This document shows, one piece after another, positions 31,152-43,977 of a DNA stretch of 63,810 nucleotides. The notes beneath the pieces were generated by a model. The model did not search any database and was not told the DNA's origin. It saw only the letters and a program-made list of their open reading frames with translations. The stretch's first letter is position 1. Each line of letters opens with the position of its first letter. The position numbers were made by a program, and so were the translations under genes. The DNA comes from Amphiscolops sp. MND2022. Its lineage: Eukaryota. The DNA lies in contig OZ076409.1 of the NCBI GenBank assembly GCA_964187785.1, positions 7,442,191-7,506,000 on the forward strand, read 5' to 3'.

Positions 31152-34100
31152 CAGGTATGAAGGAGATTTTTTTAACCGAATGTAATGAAGAACCAACTCA
31201 AGACTGGCAACGCCGTTGGAACGTAGGCATGATACTCAGGCATAACGCCAGACACCCAGAAGATCCAACGCCACTACCCCAGTGGATAACAGAATCGCCC
31301 GATAACTATGCGACACTCAAAAGACCGTTGCCGGAATCAAAAACAGACCGAATTTATATATATGACAGAGACTACAGATGTGACCCTTGGGATGAACCAA
31401 CCATCTATGATACCAACAAACTCTCCTTCAAAATCCAAGTCTCAAACCCTCAAGCGCAATCCACAGGGATCACAAACCTACCATCACCGCCGTCACCGAT
31501 CCTCAAAAGCACAACACCAACCCCAACAGTACCCGTCACCATCACGTCCACACCAATAGACGCAGAAAATATAATCTGCATTGAAGATAAAACAATATGG
31601 GCACATCAAGAAAGACGTAAACGAGACAATGTTGATTCCCCAGCAACCCCTCCAAAAACTGCGCCAGTCACAGCCCTGATAGACGACGACGTAGAAATCT
31701 CGGAATGTCCCTCAAAACTGCCTGAAGATCTAGACGCCATCAAAGAATTCATCCAACACGACAAAGATGACGATTACATTCCGTTAATGTCTTCCATCGC
31801 GCTCAAGAAGAAAAAACGAATGCTTTTCCTTCCAGTCGAATTCAACACGGTCAAAATCGACGCTTTAGTCGACTCAGGTGCGTACATTAACGCCATTAGT
31901 GAAAGGGACGCTGAAAAACTCCGACAGCACGCTAGTCAGTGCATCGTCAATAAGGCACCCCCACCCCCTTTCAAAGTGCAGTATGCCAATGCCGAATTAG
32001 AACAACCACTTGCCACGTACACCCTACGCTTCAAAATAGGGGATTACACTTTTGAAGAAACATTCATCATCATGAATCAAACGTCATTCCCCATAATTGG
32101 ATTAGCGTTTCTACGTAAGCATGCCGCAATCCTTGACACGGCACAGGGAACCATCGACTTTCCCAAGATCCAAATCACGATGGCGCTCACAGACGAAAGA
32201 CAAAAGTGCAATCCCAAACCCATCACGATAAAGACCGAAGCCAAGCATACAATCCCAGCGCACTCTACCCGAGTCATCTACGCAACAATCCCTGTGAGTA
32301 TTGAACACCCAATAACGGGCACTATACAACCCCTACCACAATTCGATGAATGCGCGAAGGTAATAGTAGCTCCAGCGATTACCACAGCCAGAGACAAAAA
32401 GATACCAATTAAAATCGCCAACACTACGGATTTTCCATACACAATAGCCACCAATACCAAAATGGCAGAACTGCAAATCCTGAAACCCGAAGAAACGAAG
32501 ATGACCCGCCCAGTTGACATAGCCGCTCTAAACCTCCTCACTGACCATGACGATGTGGTCACGTACATCAATGCACTAATGCAAGTAGAGCGGCCCGACG
32601 ACAATGAAGAGAAATTCTGGTTTCCGACCCCAGAACACCCCGGCAACGAACAGGAACATTCGCCCATACAAAAGCGCATCTTGAAAGAATTGCGAGACCT
32701 TGCCGAACTAGAAAAACTCGACCCAACCGAAAGCGAAGAATCCCGCAACAAATTCCTATCCATGTTCAAATGGACAGATTCACTAATTGCGGGCAAAGAC
32801 CGTGAAAACCTTGAGGACACCATTGTCGAATTTAATGACATCTTCGCTCGACACCGGCTAGACATAGGAATGAATACACAATTCAAAGTCAGCCTAACAC
32901 CACAAGACTACAAACCAGTCTACACGCAAAGCCTACCCGTACCCATCAACCTCGAAGAAGATCTGACTGTAGAACTGGCCCTCATGCACCGATACGGTAT
33001 CATCACGACACTCCCCTTCTCCAAGTACGCCAGTCCTATATTTGCACAACGGAAACCCAACGGCAAACTGAGACTACTGGTGGATCTGCGCAAAATCAAC
33101 GCACTCATAGCAGATGACTACATCAACAACAACCACCCTGTCAGCACCCTCTCAGATGCGGCACAACACCTAGCAGGGAAAAAACTATTCTGCAAGCTTG
33201 ACTGCTCCCAGGCGTATCACTGCCTTCAAATGGCAGACCAAAGGTCAGTAGAGTTACTTGCTTTTAATTTTGCTAGTAGGACGTTCGCCTACCGTCGCCT
33301 GGCACAAGGACTAAGCAGAGCCCTATCAGCCTTTTCGAGCTTCATGCGTGAGTATCTGGACTCAGTCATCAAAGCCGACCAATGTGCACAATACGTAGAT
33401 GACATTGGCATTGCCGCAAACACAACGGAACAGCTCATAAAAAACATCAGAGCAGTCTTCAAATGCATTAGGAAAGCAGGACTAAAACTAACCATCGAAA
33501 AATGTCATTTTGGAGTAACCCAAATCGAATTTCTTGGCCGAACCATCACCCCCGACGGAGTAGCCCCGCAAGATCAAAAAGTCAAAAAATTTCTCTCCAA
33601 AGTACGCTTCCCCAAATCCAAAAAACAAGTTCAAAAATACATTGGCTTTGTTAACTATTACCGCAACTACATACCGCGCTTATCAGAAAAACTCATCGGC
33701 ATGTACGAACTTCTTAAAGCAGACTCCAAGATCAGAATTTCAGAAGAACTTGTCGATAACTTTAAGGAAATCAACGCCAGTTTAGCGGAAGCTTGTGGAA
33801 TCGCACTAAGACAGCCTATAGCAGGAAAACAGTACGTTCTAATGACGGACGCAAGCTTTCGTGCGTCAGGCTACGCCCTCATGATTGAGGAGAACGATGA
33901 ACGCAAAATACTCTCCAAACGAAAAACCTTCGCACCAGTAGCGTTCGGATCACGAGTTTTTTCACCTGCACAACTGAAAATGTCTATCTACTGCAAGGAA
34001 TTCTTAGCAATCTACCATGCATTCCTCGAATACAGCCACATACTATGGGAAGCAACAATTCCAACCCTGGTCTTAACAGACAACCGCTCAGTAACGAGAT

Positions 34101-36373
34101 TCTTCCAGACCAAAACGACACCCCCTGCACTCTGGAATGCCTGCGACTATGTATTACAGTTCAAGTTTCGAATTATGCACGTAGCAGGCTCCCAAAACAC
34201 AGCAGCAGATTTTCTTTCAAGACTTGAACTTACACCGAAAGAAAAGGTCCAACTTAAACTACGAGACGACATCCTAACGTCCCCAATTGAGGTCAATCTA
34301 CAATCATCAGATGTAGCTGACGAAGAACAACTTTTCTTCCTACCTGATGACGAAGATGAATCTGAACAAGAAATCTTTGCCCGAAAAGCACTCAGCAAGC
34401 GACGCGCCCTAGACGAACATGAGAGAGAACTATCAACAAAAGTAACCGAAGTCATCAAGATACCACTCAACTCCGCAGTCTACTCCTTCGGTGCAATCAA
34501 GGAAAAAGCACGGATCAGAAACGAGCAAGATGCAGACCCTCTCCTCAAAGCACTGAAACAACGGATCTCACACGAAGAATATGACAAACACCTTCTCAAA
34601 ACTGAACCACGAGGACGAAACCTATTACGCCACGAAGAAAGAATCATAATGAAAGATGGAGTTCTGATGCGGAAATACTACGGAGAAGACGGATCAGTCA
34701 CCCTTAATCAAATTATAATTCCGAAACACCTAGTCCCAGAACTCTTGGCCACTCTACATGGAAAAACAAATAAACACCCAGGAATCACAAAAATGATACA
34801 AGAATGCAGAGCGAAATACTACTTCCCGGGTCTTGCACGTAAAATCAGAGCTTGGGTAACCAGCTGTCAAGACTGCATTGCCAATAAAAGAATTGACACA
34901 AGACAAATACGCCCAAAAATGCTAAGCAACACTGAGTTCACAATGGGACCAGAAGACTGCCTAGAAGTAGACATCTTACCAAATCTACCTTCCTCAAATG
35001 GATACCAACACATCATAACGATGATGGATGTTTTTTCGCGTTACCTTCTCGCTTACCCGACACAGGACATGACAGCAAAAACAGTCGCACGATGCATAAT
35101 AGACGTCATGACACGACACTGCTATCTACCGTCCGTCATTCTAACAGATAAAGGATCACAATTCAGATCAGAAGTAGTCAACCACATAGCACAAACATTG
35201 GATATACGGATAAGCCACGCATCGACAAAACACGCCCAAACAATTGGCATCCTAGAAAGGACTCATGCTTCTTTAAAAACTTCTTTAGAAATATCAACGG
35301 GAGAACGGCGTTCCATGTGGCACAAATACGTCCAGATTGCAGTCATGAATTACAATACAAGTTACCATGAAAGCCTAGGTTGTGAACCTACAACAGTGTT
35401 TCACGGACGCATCCCGTACAACATTTTGGACATAAAACTTGGACTGAAACCTAAATGGGAAAAAGATAGCAACGAAGAACTAACGGATCAATTACAGAAA
35501 CAAATAGCCGAAATACACCAAGCTGCCAAAGAGAACCTAATGCAATCCTACCTCAAATACAAACAGTACTATGACAAGAAAGCAACAGCTACACCGCTCA
35601 AAGTCAATGACTACTGCTACGTCCTCAATCCGAAGGCAGACAACCAGTCGATGAAATTCGCCTTTAAAGATTGCATTTGGACTGGACCCTACATAGTAGT
35701 CAAAGTACTCTCGAACAACAACTACGTCGTACGCCGCACGGGAACTAGGTATACCCAAACCCTCCACAGAATTCGCCTAAGGCTATATGCGCCCAATCAG
35801 CGAGTACCTGACGTAACAGTCAGAAGGGAAGATTATCTTCCAGACCCAGAGGTTAAAACAACCCACAATGATTGGTACGCGCAAGCTTGGGAAACCGAAT
35901 TCGGAGAAGTTCTGTTCGGAAACAATACCGAAAACGCCGCAGAAGAAGCCACAGTTACAGAAATCACAGACACAACAGGACGCGACGAAATTACAACGGA
36001 AAATGATGTGGTTAAAACAACCACCAAAGAAAGTACAGTGGAAAATGACGTGGTTAAAACAACCACAGACGAAGCTACAACGGAAAACGACGTGGCTCAA
36101 ACAGCCACAAATGAAAATACTGCAGAAAATAAAGCACCTTCCGACAATATAACGTCATTTGACCTAGATGTCAGCGATAACCCATATATTTTGACCCCAC
36201 CACCGATACACAGCCCTCCCAAAACACCCAAATTACCGCCTATAGTCGTTGGATACAATCCTAGAAAAGTGGGACGATACAATTTGAGACCTAATCCGAG
36301 ACCCAACGTGGATCCTGACTTCAGAATGCTAGACTCAGCTACCACGGACGATCTACGTCAAAATCAAAACTAA
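31078..36373 (+). CDS. pol: Element 2 pol (PR-RT-RH-IN); one extra T in the T7 run at 31167-31173 separates the -1 frame from the 1738-aa ORF
   Basis: VDSGA, YVDD, TDAS/KEFL/TDN/ADFLSR, HHCC, D-D-E (VDILP, TDKGSQF, ILER), TGPY; 14-aa tandem repeat near the C-terminus (~35987-36130). Confidence 0.92.
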
Positions 36374-36519
36374 ATGAAAATAATCAACAGGCTAAACCGA
36401 ACCGGAGTAGCTACGTAAAATTATCATCTAAACTAAAAAGAACAGCAACAAAGCCAAAATTATAGTTCCTTCAGAATCATCAAAACATGATAAAAGTCTA
36501 CAAATTGTCACAACACAAG

Positions 36520-39500
36520 TTACTTGACATGATGATGTACGGGAGGATCAGTGTCTTTCTTCGACTTCTTCTTCGGAGTCGTTTTACTGCCACCAGCTTG
36601 AACTTTAGCCTTTTTCGTTTTCCCGACTTGCTTCCCATCAGTGCTCTTTTCACTAACTTTACTTCCACCACTTTTCCCTTTTCCACTAGCAGAACTAGAA
36701 CTACTCTGCACAACGGAACTGCTACGAGACCCCTGCTCTGCCCGAGACAAACGATTGACCCGATTACACTCGGTATAATGCTCATCACTGGATTGACGTC
36801 GCTTTACTAAAAATTCTTTATACAGCTCGCAAAAAGCTGCAATAAACGAGTCCACGCCAGCATCACACAGATCTTTCCACACATTAAAATCAGAAACAAT
36901 ATAGAATAGCCCAGCATCAGAAACAGCATCTCGAATTAGGCCCATAGACGACTCAGTAAACAATGACTGCGGAGAATAACCGTCGCTCAAAACATACGAT
37001 TGAACAACTCTGCAACACAGAAGAACACTTCCTTCAGCCTGTTTACAACTCGACAGATCAAGAGTAAACGGAGGACTAACACGGTTGGGCTCACCAACAA
37101 GCAGACAACACAACTTGAAGACACGAAGTACCTGTCGTCGTGACTGGAACCCAAAATCGTCCAGCAAATAGCGGCGAATGTCCGTAATAGATCTGACAGA
37201 ACGCTCCAATCGACTATGCTGCCTGCGTTTCTCAATCACGTATGCACTATACTCATCCACAGCAGCATTGCATTCTTCTCGAGATAAAGCGCCGCACCTC
37301 ACCAGACCATCACACAGCTCAGAAAACAAATCAAACGCACACTTATCGTCACCTTCCAACATCAGTTCAGGGCAGAAACTGCACAGACCTTTCGACACAA
37401 TGGAACGAGTGCTGGCGCTCTCCACTAACAGAGTGGCGAAGCGATCGATAAATTCTCTGCAGCGACCACGAAACTTTGGCATTTCACTTGCTTTCGATGA
37501 CAAAAGAGACTTCCCAAAATCACAGTGAGCCAAGAACTCATCTATAGGTGCAACAGGGAAACTTGCCACTTTTTCCACGTCCATGTACGCATCCCAATCG
37601 TGAATAGCTGGAAGACTTGATAACTGGCGTGTCTTCATCAACAAACAGTATATGAAATTACACAATTCACCATAACCATGGAATGCATAATCGCTTCGAC
37701 TTTGTCTCAATTCCGGTAAATGAATATGGAAAGTATCCAGCATCAATTGCAACAAACCAAAACGATACGGCACCAGTCCGTCCGAGATCACAGTTGAATC
37801 CATCCCTCTCAACTAAACAACAACACAAAATAACTAAGCAGACGGAAAATAATAGATGACCAACAAGACGACCGTGAAGAACCTCCCGCAAAAAGAAAAA
37901 TCATGCAACAAACTCACACTGTCGGCTTGATCTTTCACATGAGGCAACCCAGTACACCGAATGAACAGACGAATTGAAGGCCACAGGTCCACCAAATCAG
38001 TCAGAACCTCACGAAGATCCTGGAAGGCAACGGAACCTTGACGAATGGCCTTACGCAGCAACACCTTGCCGTCTGTCCAGTCCTCGTAAACAGCGCTCTT
38101 CAGCCGTAAAATGACATAGTCCACCAAACTTGTCACCTCCACCATTCCGAAAACATCCTGATGTGCCTGACGCACACACTGCAAGAACACCTCCTCGGAA
38201 AACTGTTGATGCATAACAAACCGTTTCCCATCAGTACGATTGTCCTCTATCACTCGAAGAAGCACCGGACTAGCACCGCTGACACAAAAGGGAAGGCGCG
38301 CATTTTGCACACTGTGGACGAACTGTGCCAAAGGAACCAACTCGGATTTAGGCATAGGCTGGTCCAAAACTTCCTGACCAATGCAGATTTTCCGCAGAGC
38401 ATTATCCAACCAGCACACAACAAAGCATCGCTCAACATCCGCGTCTTTCTCATAGAACAATGCATATTCATTGCGCGTCCCGACTGCACTGAGAACCAGA
38501 CGCAACACCCGAGGAGCAAGGCCACGACACAGCAGGGACTGAAACAATATACAACTACCATGACTACAAAACCATACTACTACTGCCCCCCCCCCTCGAA
38601 AAAAAAACGAGACAGACAAAAGCTCATAAACCCAAAGACCACAAAAAATATATAATACCCCTACTTACCACCGTCTCAGCACGACTCCAATTCAGCTGAT
38701 ATTCGGGCGCCCTCTCACCCAAAGAAGCTCGGAAACACGCCCATAAACGTCGCAGCAACGTGAAATCGCCGCCACTCCGGAGCCACTCACAGACGGACGA
38801 GATCATTGTCATAAACGGAACCTTTGAATCAACTTGGGCATGCTTGGGCACCAAATCTTCTGGAAAGGGAAACCCCTCTGCCAAGTCCACAAAAGGTTGA
38901 GCTTTGTATTCCGCAATCTGGGCGGCAGTCAGTTCCATAGGCTCCAACCATCTGTTGTATACGGGCAACCCCGAATGTACCCTGTAGCGCACGTCACGAA
39001 ACCAGTGCCCATCAGATGCGAAGTGACGTTTAAACTCGCCAGATCCTTGTGCCTTCATCCGCACATCTCGATTGCACACCCGACAAAAGAAGGACGTAGG
39101 CTCCCCGCACTTAGGGCCACTGACAAAGTCGGAATATGCAGGATGCAAAGATAACATGCGTCTCTTCAAATGCTTGCGATTTCCATAAGTTCGCACTCGC
39201 CGCTGGCAACGATCTCCAATCTTCTTAGATAATTTCGTGAAACCTGCAAACAATAACACAACCATCTATAAATATGACACACGATATTACGACCCCAAAA
39301 CCCCAACCACACCTAAACAACCCCCTATTAACTATGAAATACCAACGTACCTGTCTCGATACTTTGTACTGCCCGAGTCTCCACCTCCGAAATCAGGTGA
39401 CGACCAAATTGCGCCAAGTCAATGGGACTCAACGGAGTATTGCCGGGGAAAGCTAACACCTCCTCCTCCGCTTCTGGATCACCTATAACAAACACCAAAA

Positions 39501-40343
39501 CAATTAGGTGGAAACAATATGGACGCCCGAACCACCCAGAGAAACCCAACCAGAAGACTAAATTGAACAACTCTATAAAAGCATTCTACAAAACAAAGAG
39601 AAGCGAAAAGAAAAGGATGAGAAAAAAAAGAAACAACTAACTGCTCCATCCCTCAACCATAAGCTCCTGTAAGGTAGGTGAATGACCACCTTGACGTTGC
39701 GGTGGCGGAGTCGAAAACTTCACAGCCCGCTCACGGGAACAACTCGGCTCCATGACATCGACAGTCGCAGCTTCCTCATCATTTTTCCTCCCCCACTTTC
39801 TTTTGGGGAGGCCGGAATGGCCTCGCCTCCACGAGGCTCACTAACAACAGCAGCATCTTGAAGCTGAGAACCAAATCCTGTGGCATCTTGCGAAACACCA
39901 GTACTGACGTCGGGAGCCTCTAACAAAGAAGAGGAACCAGGCTGGAAAGAAGCAGCATGCCCAGAACCAGCAGGAACAGTCGTCAGGATAGCATTGACAG
40001 AGACAACCGGAAATGCCTCGGTAATGGAAGGGAGTCCCACGGGAACCAAAGAACGACTAGCTTCCGTATTGGTACTAAGCCCGGGCAGCGCAATGGGTTG
40101 AGTTACTGAAAATCAAGATCTGGTTCAGACGCGTCAGAGTTACGGGTAAGACTATAAAAGGCTGATCACCAAAACAATAGTCCTATTACCCAGGAAGTCA
40201 GAAAGATTTTACCAACCCGAAGCAGAACGAGAAATATCGATGTCAGAAGGGACAACATCATCATCGGTGAAATTGAATGTTGTCTCGTTTCCACTGACGA
40301 ACCCTGTGCCAGTACCAGCAGGAGGGCCAGAATCACCATCCAT
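36520..40343 (-). CDS. Antisense six-exon gene, ~1070 aa, BED-like zinc finger plus degenerate hAT transposase-like body
   Basis: Exons 40343-40217, 40105-39642, 39482-39351, 39243-38669, 38538-37918, 37812-36520. Five GT-AG introns of 105-159 nt with matching phases. Exon 2 is one nt short (A run at ~39801-39804). Confidence 0.8.
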
Positions 40344-40599
40344 CCAGAATAACAACTCAAGAAATCTAAAACAAAAGGAAAAATTAAGAAGGAAACTACG
40401 CAAAGCGAACGTAAAAGCCAAGAAAAGGATCAACAGCATCATTTTTTTACAGGAAGGAAAATTATCTATGTTTCAATTTCCTTTTTCCTTTTAAAAGCCT
40501 ATTATGGCATGGACGGAACAAAACGTTTCCAAAGATCCTAGAGATGGATAAAAATCCACCAAGAAATGCTAAAAAAGAATTAGGAAAATCATCAGGAGA

Positions 40600-40800
40600 T
40601 CACGGAACACAGGCGTAATACACCCATGAAATTGTGTGACGTCATTACGCCATTAACCGAAAAGAGGACGGCTACTAGAATTAGAAGTTTTCCTCAATTA
40701 TTTCGACCAATCACAACGCAGTAAGAAAGAACTTGTTTCTTTCAACTCGAGACGCACCGGAACGAAAACGGAAAAACCGACCAATAGAATTTCGTTAAAA
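40600..40800. promoter_or_regulatory. Candidate internal bidirectional promoter
   Basis: CRE palindrome TGACGTCA 40637-40644 and CCAAT at 40707 and 40781, between two divergent ORFs. Confidence 0.4.
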
Positions 40801-40859
40801 ATTACGAAGGAAAAGAATTTGAAACGTTCATTTGTCGTCCAATTTTCATAAAAGCTTGA

Positions 40860-41813
40860 CCAGCATCCTTTGCCAAACTAATTCTCCGTGACCTAGTCAA
40901 AGAAGACATAAGCCAAAATCCTACAAAATTTAATCTCTGCAATTTGAACGGATACTCGTTGGTGATAGATATATCTTCCGACGAAGATAATAACCGTTGC
41001 AGCACGCCATTGAAGACACTACCCAACAATACGATCAGCACTCTTAGTGACTCGTCCACGGAAGTATTCCGTGGGAGCGAAGCTGAAACAAATTCAACGT
41101 CCGAGTCTGACTGTTCTCCGAAAAGGCGCGGCCCTATCCCCAGCAAAAAGAAAAAGCTAGGGAGAGTAAGCTTTAATCTACCGCCAGCAGTAAACCCTAA
41201 CTCAGATACCGACTTCTACGAAGAACCGTACACGCCGCCGAGCCAGCCCCAAACAAAACCAACACCAGTTCTAAAAGAAAAGGCAAACATTCCCCAGCTG
41301 GGAAATGAAAGAGCTCCAAATACAGTCAAGCTGAATGACTTGAATGAGCCTTCGCTGGCAGAATTGGACGCTCTACATGGTTTAGACATAGAAGACCGGC
41401 AGTTCTTCGCAACAGTCGGTCGTGGACGCACTCACTACGGAGCAAAAGAGAATGCCCCCCCTCCGACCAAAAGAGAGCAATGCAGATGTGCGTTAGGCGA
41501 CCCTACTAAGCCGCCAGAAATATGCCCTATTGAGTCGACGCGAAGAGAACAGGAGCTCCGAGAAATGGAGGAAGAAGAGAGACTCATAACCAGAATGACA
41601 TCGGGAAGAGGACGTAGTCGCGGCACGCGGATTTTCAACGGCCGTCCCCCTGTCATCATCAGGAAAGAAATCCCCCATTGCCGAGCTATACCCTTGTCTC
41701 TTGCTTCAAGAGGGGCCCTGTCACGACCCGCTCCCGGTCGGGATTATAGCTGCTGCAGCGGGATACCTGGTTGCGAAATTGGCCGAGGACAAGGCCGAGG
41801 TAAACTCTATTAA
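40860..41813 (+). CDS. Sense accessory ORF (~317 codons, no early ATG), disordered and basic, running into the 3' LTR
   Basis: Frame open from the TGA at 40857 to the TAA ending at 41813; PKRRGPIPSKKKKLGRVSF and GRGR motifs. Confidence 0.5.
   Translation, partial: PASFAKLILRDLVKEDISQNPTKFNLCNLNGYSLVIDISSDEDNNRCSTPLKTLPNNTISTLSDSSTEVFRGSEAETNSTSESDCSPKRRGPIPSKKKKLGRVSFNLPPAVNPNSDTDFYEEPYTPPSQPQTKPTPVLKEKANIPQLGNERAPNTVKLNDLNEPSLAELDALHGLDIEDRQFFATVGRGRTHYGAKENAPPPTKREQCRCALGDPTKPPEICPIESTRREQELREMEEEERLITRMTSGRGRSRGTRIFNGRPPVIIRKEIPHCRAIPLSLASRGALSRPAPGRDYSCCSGIPGCEIGRGQGRGKLY
41708..41715 (+). promoter_or_regulatory. Element 2 polypurine tract (AAGAGGGG)
   Basis: Purine run 3 nt before the 3' LTR. 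Confidence 0.7.
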
Positions 41814-43977
41814 ACTAATCTAATCTTAAACTAATCTAAATTCTACTTACAGTACAGCTAAATCGATTGCAGATAATTTTCCGAATACAAAACCTAACGT
41901 AAACGTTACGGAACATTTTTCAGAAATGATTTTTAGCTAAAACTTCCGGTTAAATATTCTCCACGCGTGATAAGATTTTTCATTTCCGGTATGATTTTCT
42001 GATTTTCTGCCATACTAATCTAAACACTAAAATGAACATTTATAATTGGGATCATTCTTTCCACTGGTCCACACTAAAATGAAAACATTAAAATAAAATT
42101 CAATTCCGAGATCCCAACGGAATTCATACAATCTAAAATGAAAAAGAACAGACAAATAATAGAGCGGAATTGTTTTCCAGAGATGAAGTAGTTGTCAATA
42201 TTCACTTAAAGCACAGCCAAGTGATTTAGGCAAATATTTACAACGCTATGGCAACGTCAATCTACTGAGCTAATATTAGGAATTTTGCTTCTACGGACCA
42301 ATAACGTCACTCTATTGATAGAACTATTCTTAGCTAAGTCGAATAGAATTAATTTCGGTTGCCCCTAGCAACACCAACCGGAATAAGAGAAAGAGAATGA
42401 ATTCACCTACGCACTCCGCTTTCTCTCCGCTTGGTCCGACAGCTAAGCTATGAGCAATCTTAATACGTACGGGGCAGCTACGGAGCGGATTGTAAAATTG
42501 TATTCCGCCGCTCAGCTATAACCAATCTTAATACGTACGGAACAATTCGTAAAATAATAGCGATGAAGCATTAGTTTAAACCGAAATCAAATAAGGATTT
42601 TTCTGAATCGACGCACTTAAAGGGTTCTGGAAACAAGTCCACATGTAAAAGGTTGTACTGTAAAAAGGGGCTAAAACAATGATCGAAGAGTAACGATGCT
42701 ATTACAACAGTTTCTCGAATCACGTATACCTTACGTTACATTAAGAGTTTTATGTATTCAGTGATTAGTTGTTTATCATTAAAATGTTTCACAGAACGTA
42801 ACGTAAGGTCAACGTCGAAACCCAAACCAAGTGCTATTGTTGCGGGATGTCTGCTCTATTTATTCATATACGAAGTCCAATCGAGTGCAGAATAATTATT
42901 GCCTGCAAATGTATTTTTCCTATCTATTTGTACCTTGCAATTCGTACTTGTTACGTTATGGCCACGTATAGGTCAAAGTTGAGTTTACTGTTGGTGCAGT
43001 TGTTCAGTTTACAAAATTAACCGATTAATCATCATTATGTTTTTTCTTAGCGTTGCTTGTTCCTCAATAATATTCAAATATCCTTAGTCCAAAGTTCCTT
43101 TTGCCTCGTTTCAATTTCGCTACAATTTTTGCGAGTCATTCTTTTGCTTCGAATCTCAATTTCCCAACTTGAACGCTGACTAATTGATCACGCCGGCGTG
43201 CCTACGCTGATGAAAATGTAAGCTAGACTTCTATTTTGCCGCAATTTTGAAGTTCAAACAGGAAATGGGTTACCTGAACAAAAATGATTTCAACAAGGTT
43301 TTACGGAATAGTGACGCAACTAGGAATCTCAATACCTGAATTTATGACGCCGAGTTGAAATAATCTGAATCATTAGAGTTTTTTGATGAACAAACCTGAT
43401 TTTTGCGATTCCTAGGAATTTTTAGATGAGGAACAAATGACGCTAAGAAGGTATATATACTTAGACGAGGCATGTAAAGTTAGTTAGTTGTGTTTGCAAG
43501 TTGTAATAAACTTAAACTGTTTCGTTGTTTCAACGTTGAACAAAATCATCTTCGAAGAATTCACCTATTGCCGAAGAATCGTTTTCTAACATTAAAAAAT
43601 GACTACCAGAAGCCAGAAGAGGAAAGCTGTAGCTGAGCTAGTGTCAGGAGATTTCGAAGCTTCTTTAACTGAGAACAATTCTACTGGAAACCTGATAGCT
43701 AGTTCTAGTAAAAACCCTAGACTTGAGCCTGAGGATTTAGAAGAATTAAAGACAACTCTAAGGAAAGAGATTATGTCTGACTTGACGAAAGTACTCGTCG
43801 AAAATCAAAAAGAAATGCTTAAATTAATAGCACCTGCGTGCAAGAAACGCTCAGTTAGTTCGAACATACATGATTCTGATTCTGACCAAGAAAACATCTC
43901 CGTAACGAGAACGTCCACCCCAGTCAAGACACAAACTGCGACTAGTTCTAAAACAACTCCGATGAATAGTCGTAACA
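41719..43977 (+). repeat. Element 2 3' LTR (2259 bp), containing the first 126 gag codons (43599-43982)
   Basis: Direct repeat of the 5' LTR, followed by TSD GGTAA. Confidence 0.95.

Larger units (their letters stand above)
27794..43977 (+). mobile_element. Element 2: full-length Ty3/Gypsy LTR retrotransposon, 16184 bp, with extra internal genes
   Basis: TGT...ACA LTRs, 5-bp TSD GGTAA (27789-27793 and 43978-43982), PBS, PPT, gag, pol. Confidence 0.95.

Noticed and set aside
29881..36345. Antisense ORFs over element 2 gag/pol, and the same over element 3
   Set aside because: Mirror frames of the real genes with no motifs or splice signals.
36520..40343. Antisense gene as an independent nested hAT insertion
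   Set aside because: No TIRs or 8-bp TSD found by eye, catalytic motifs appear lost, and it abuts the pol end closely. Not fully excluded without sister copies.
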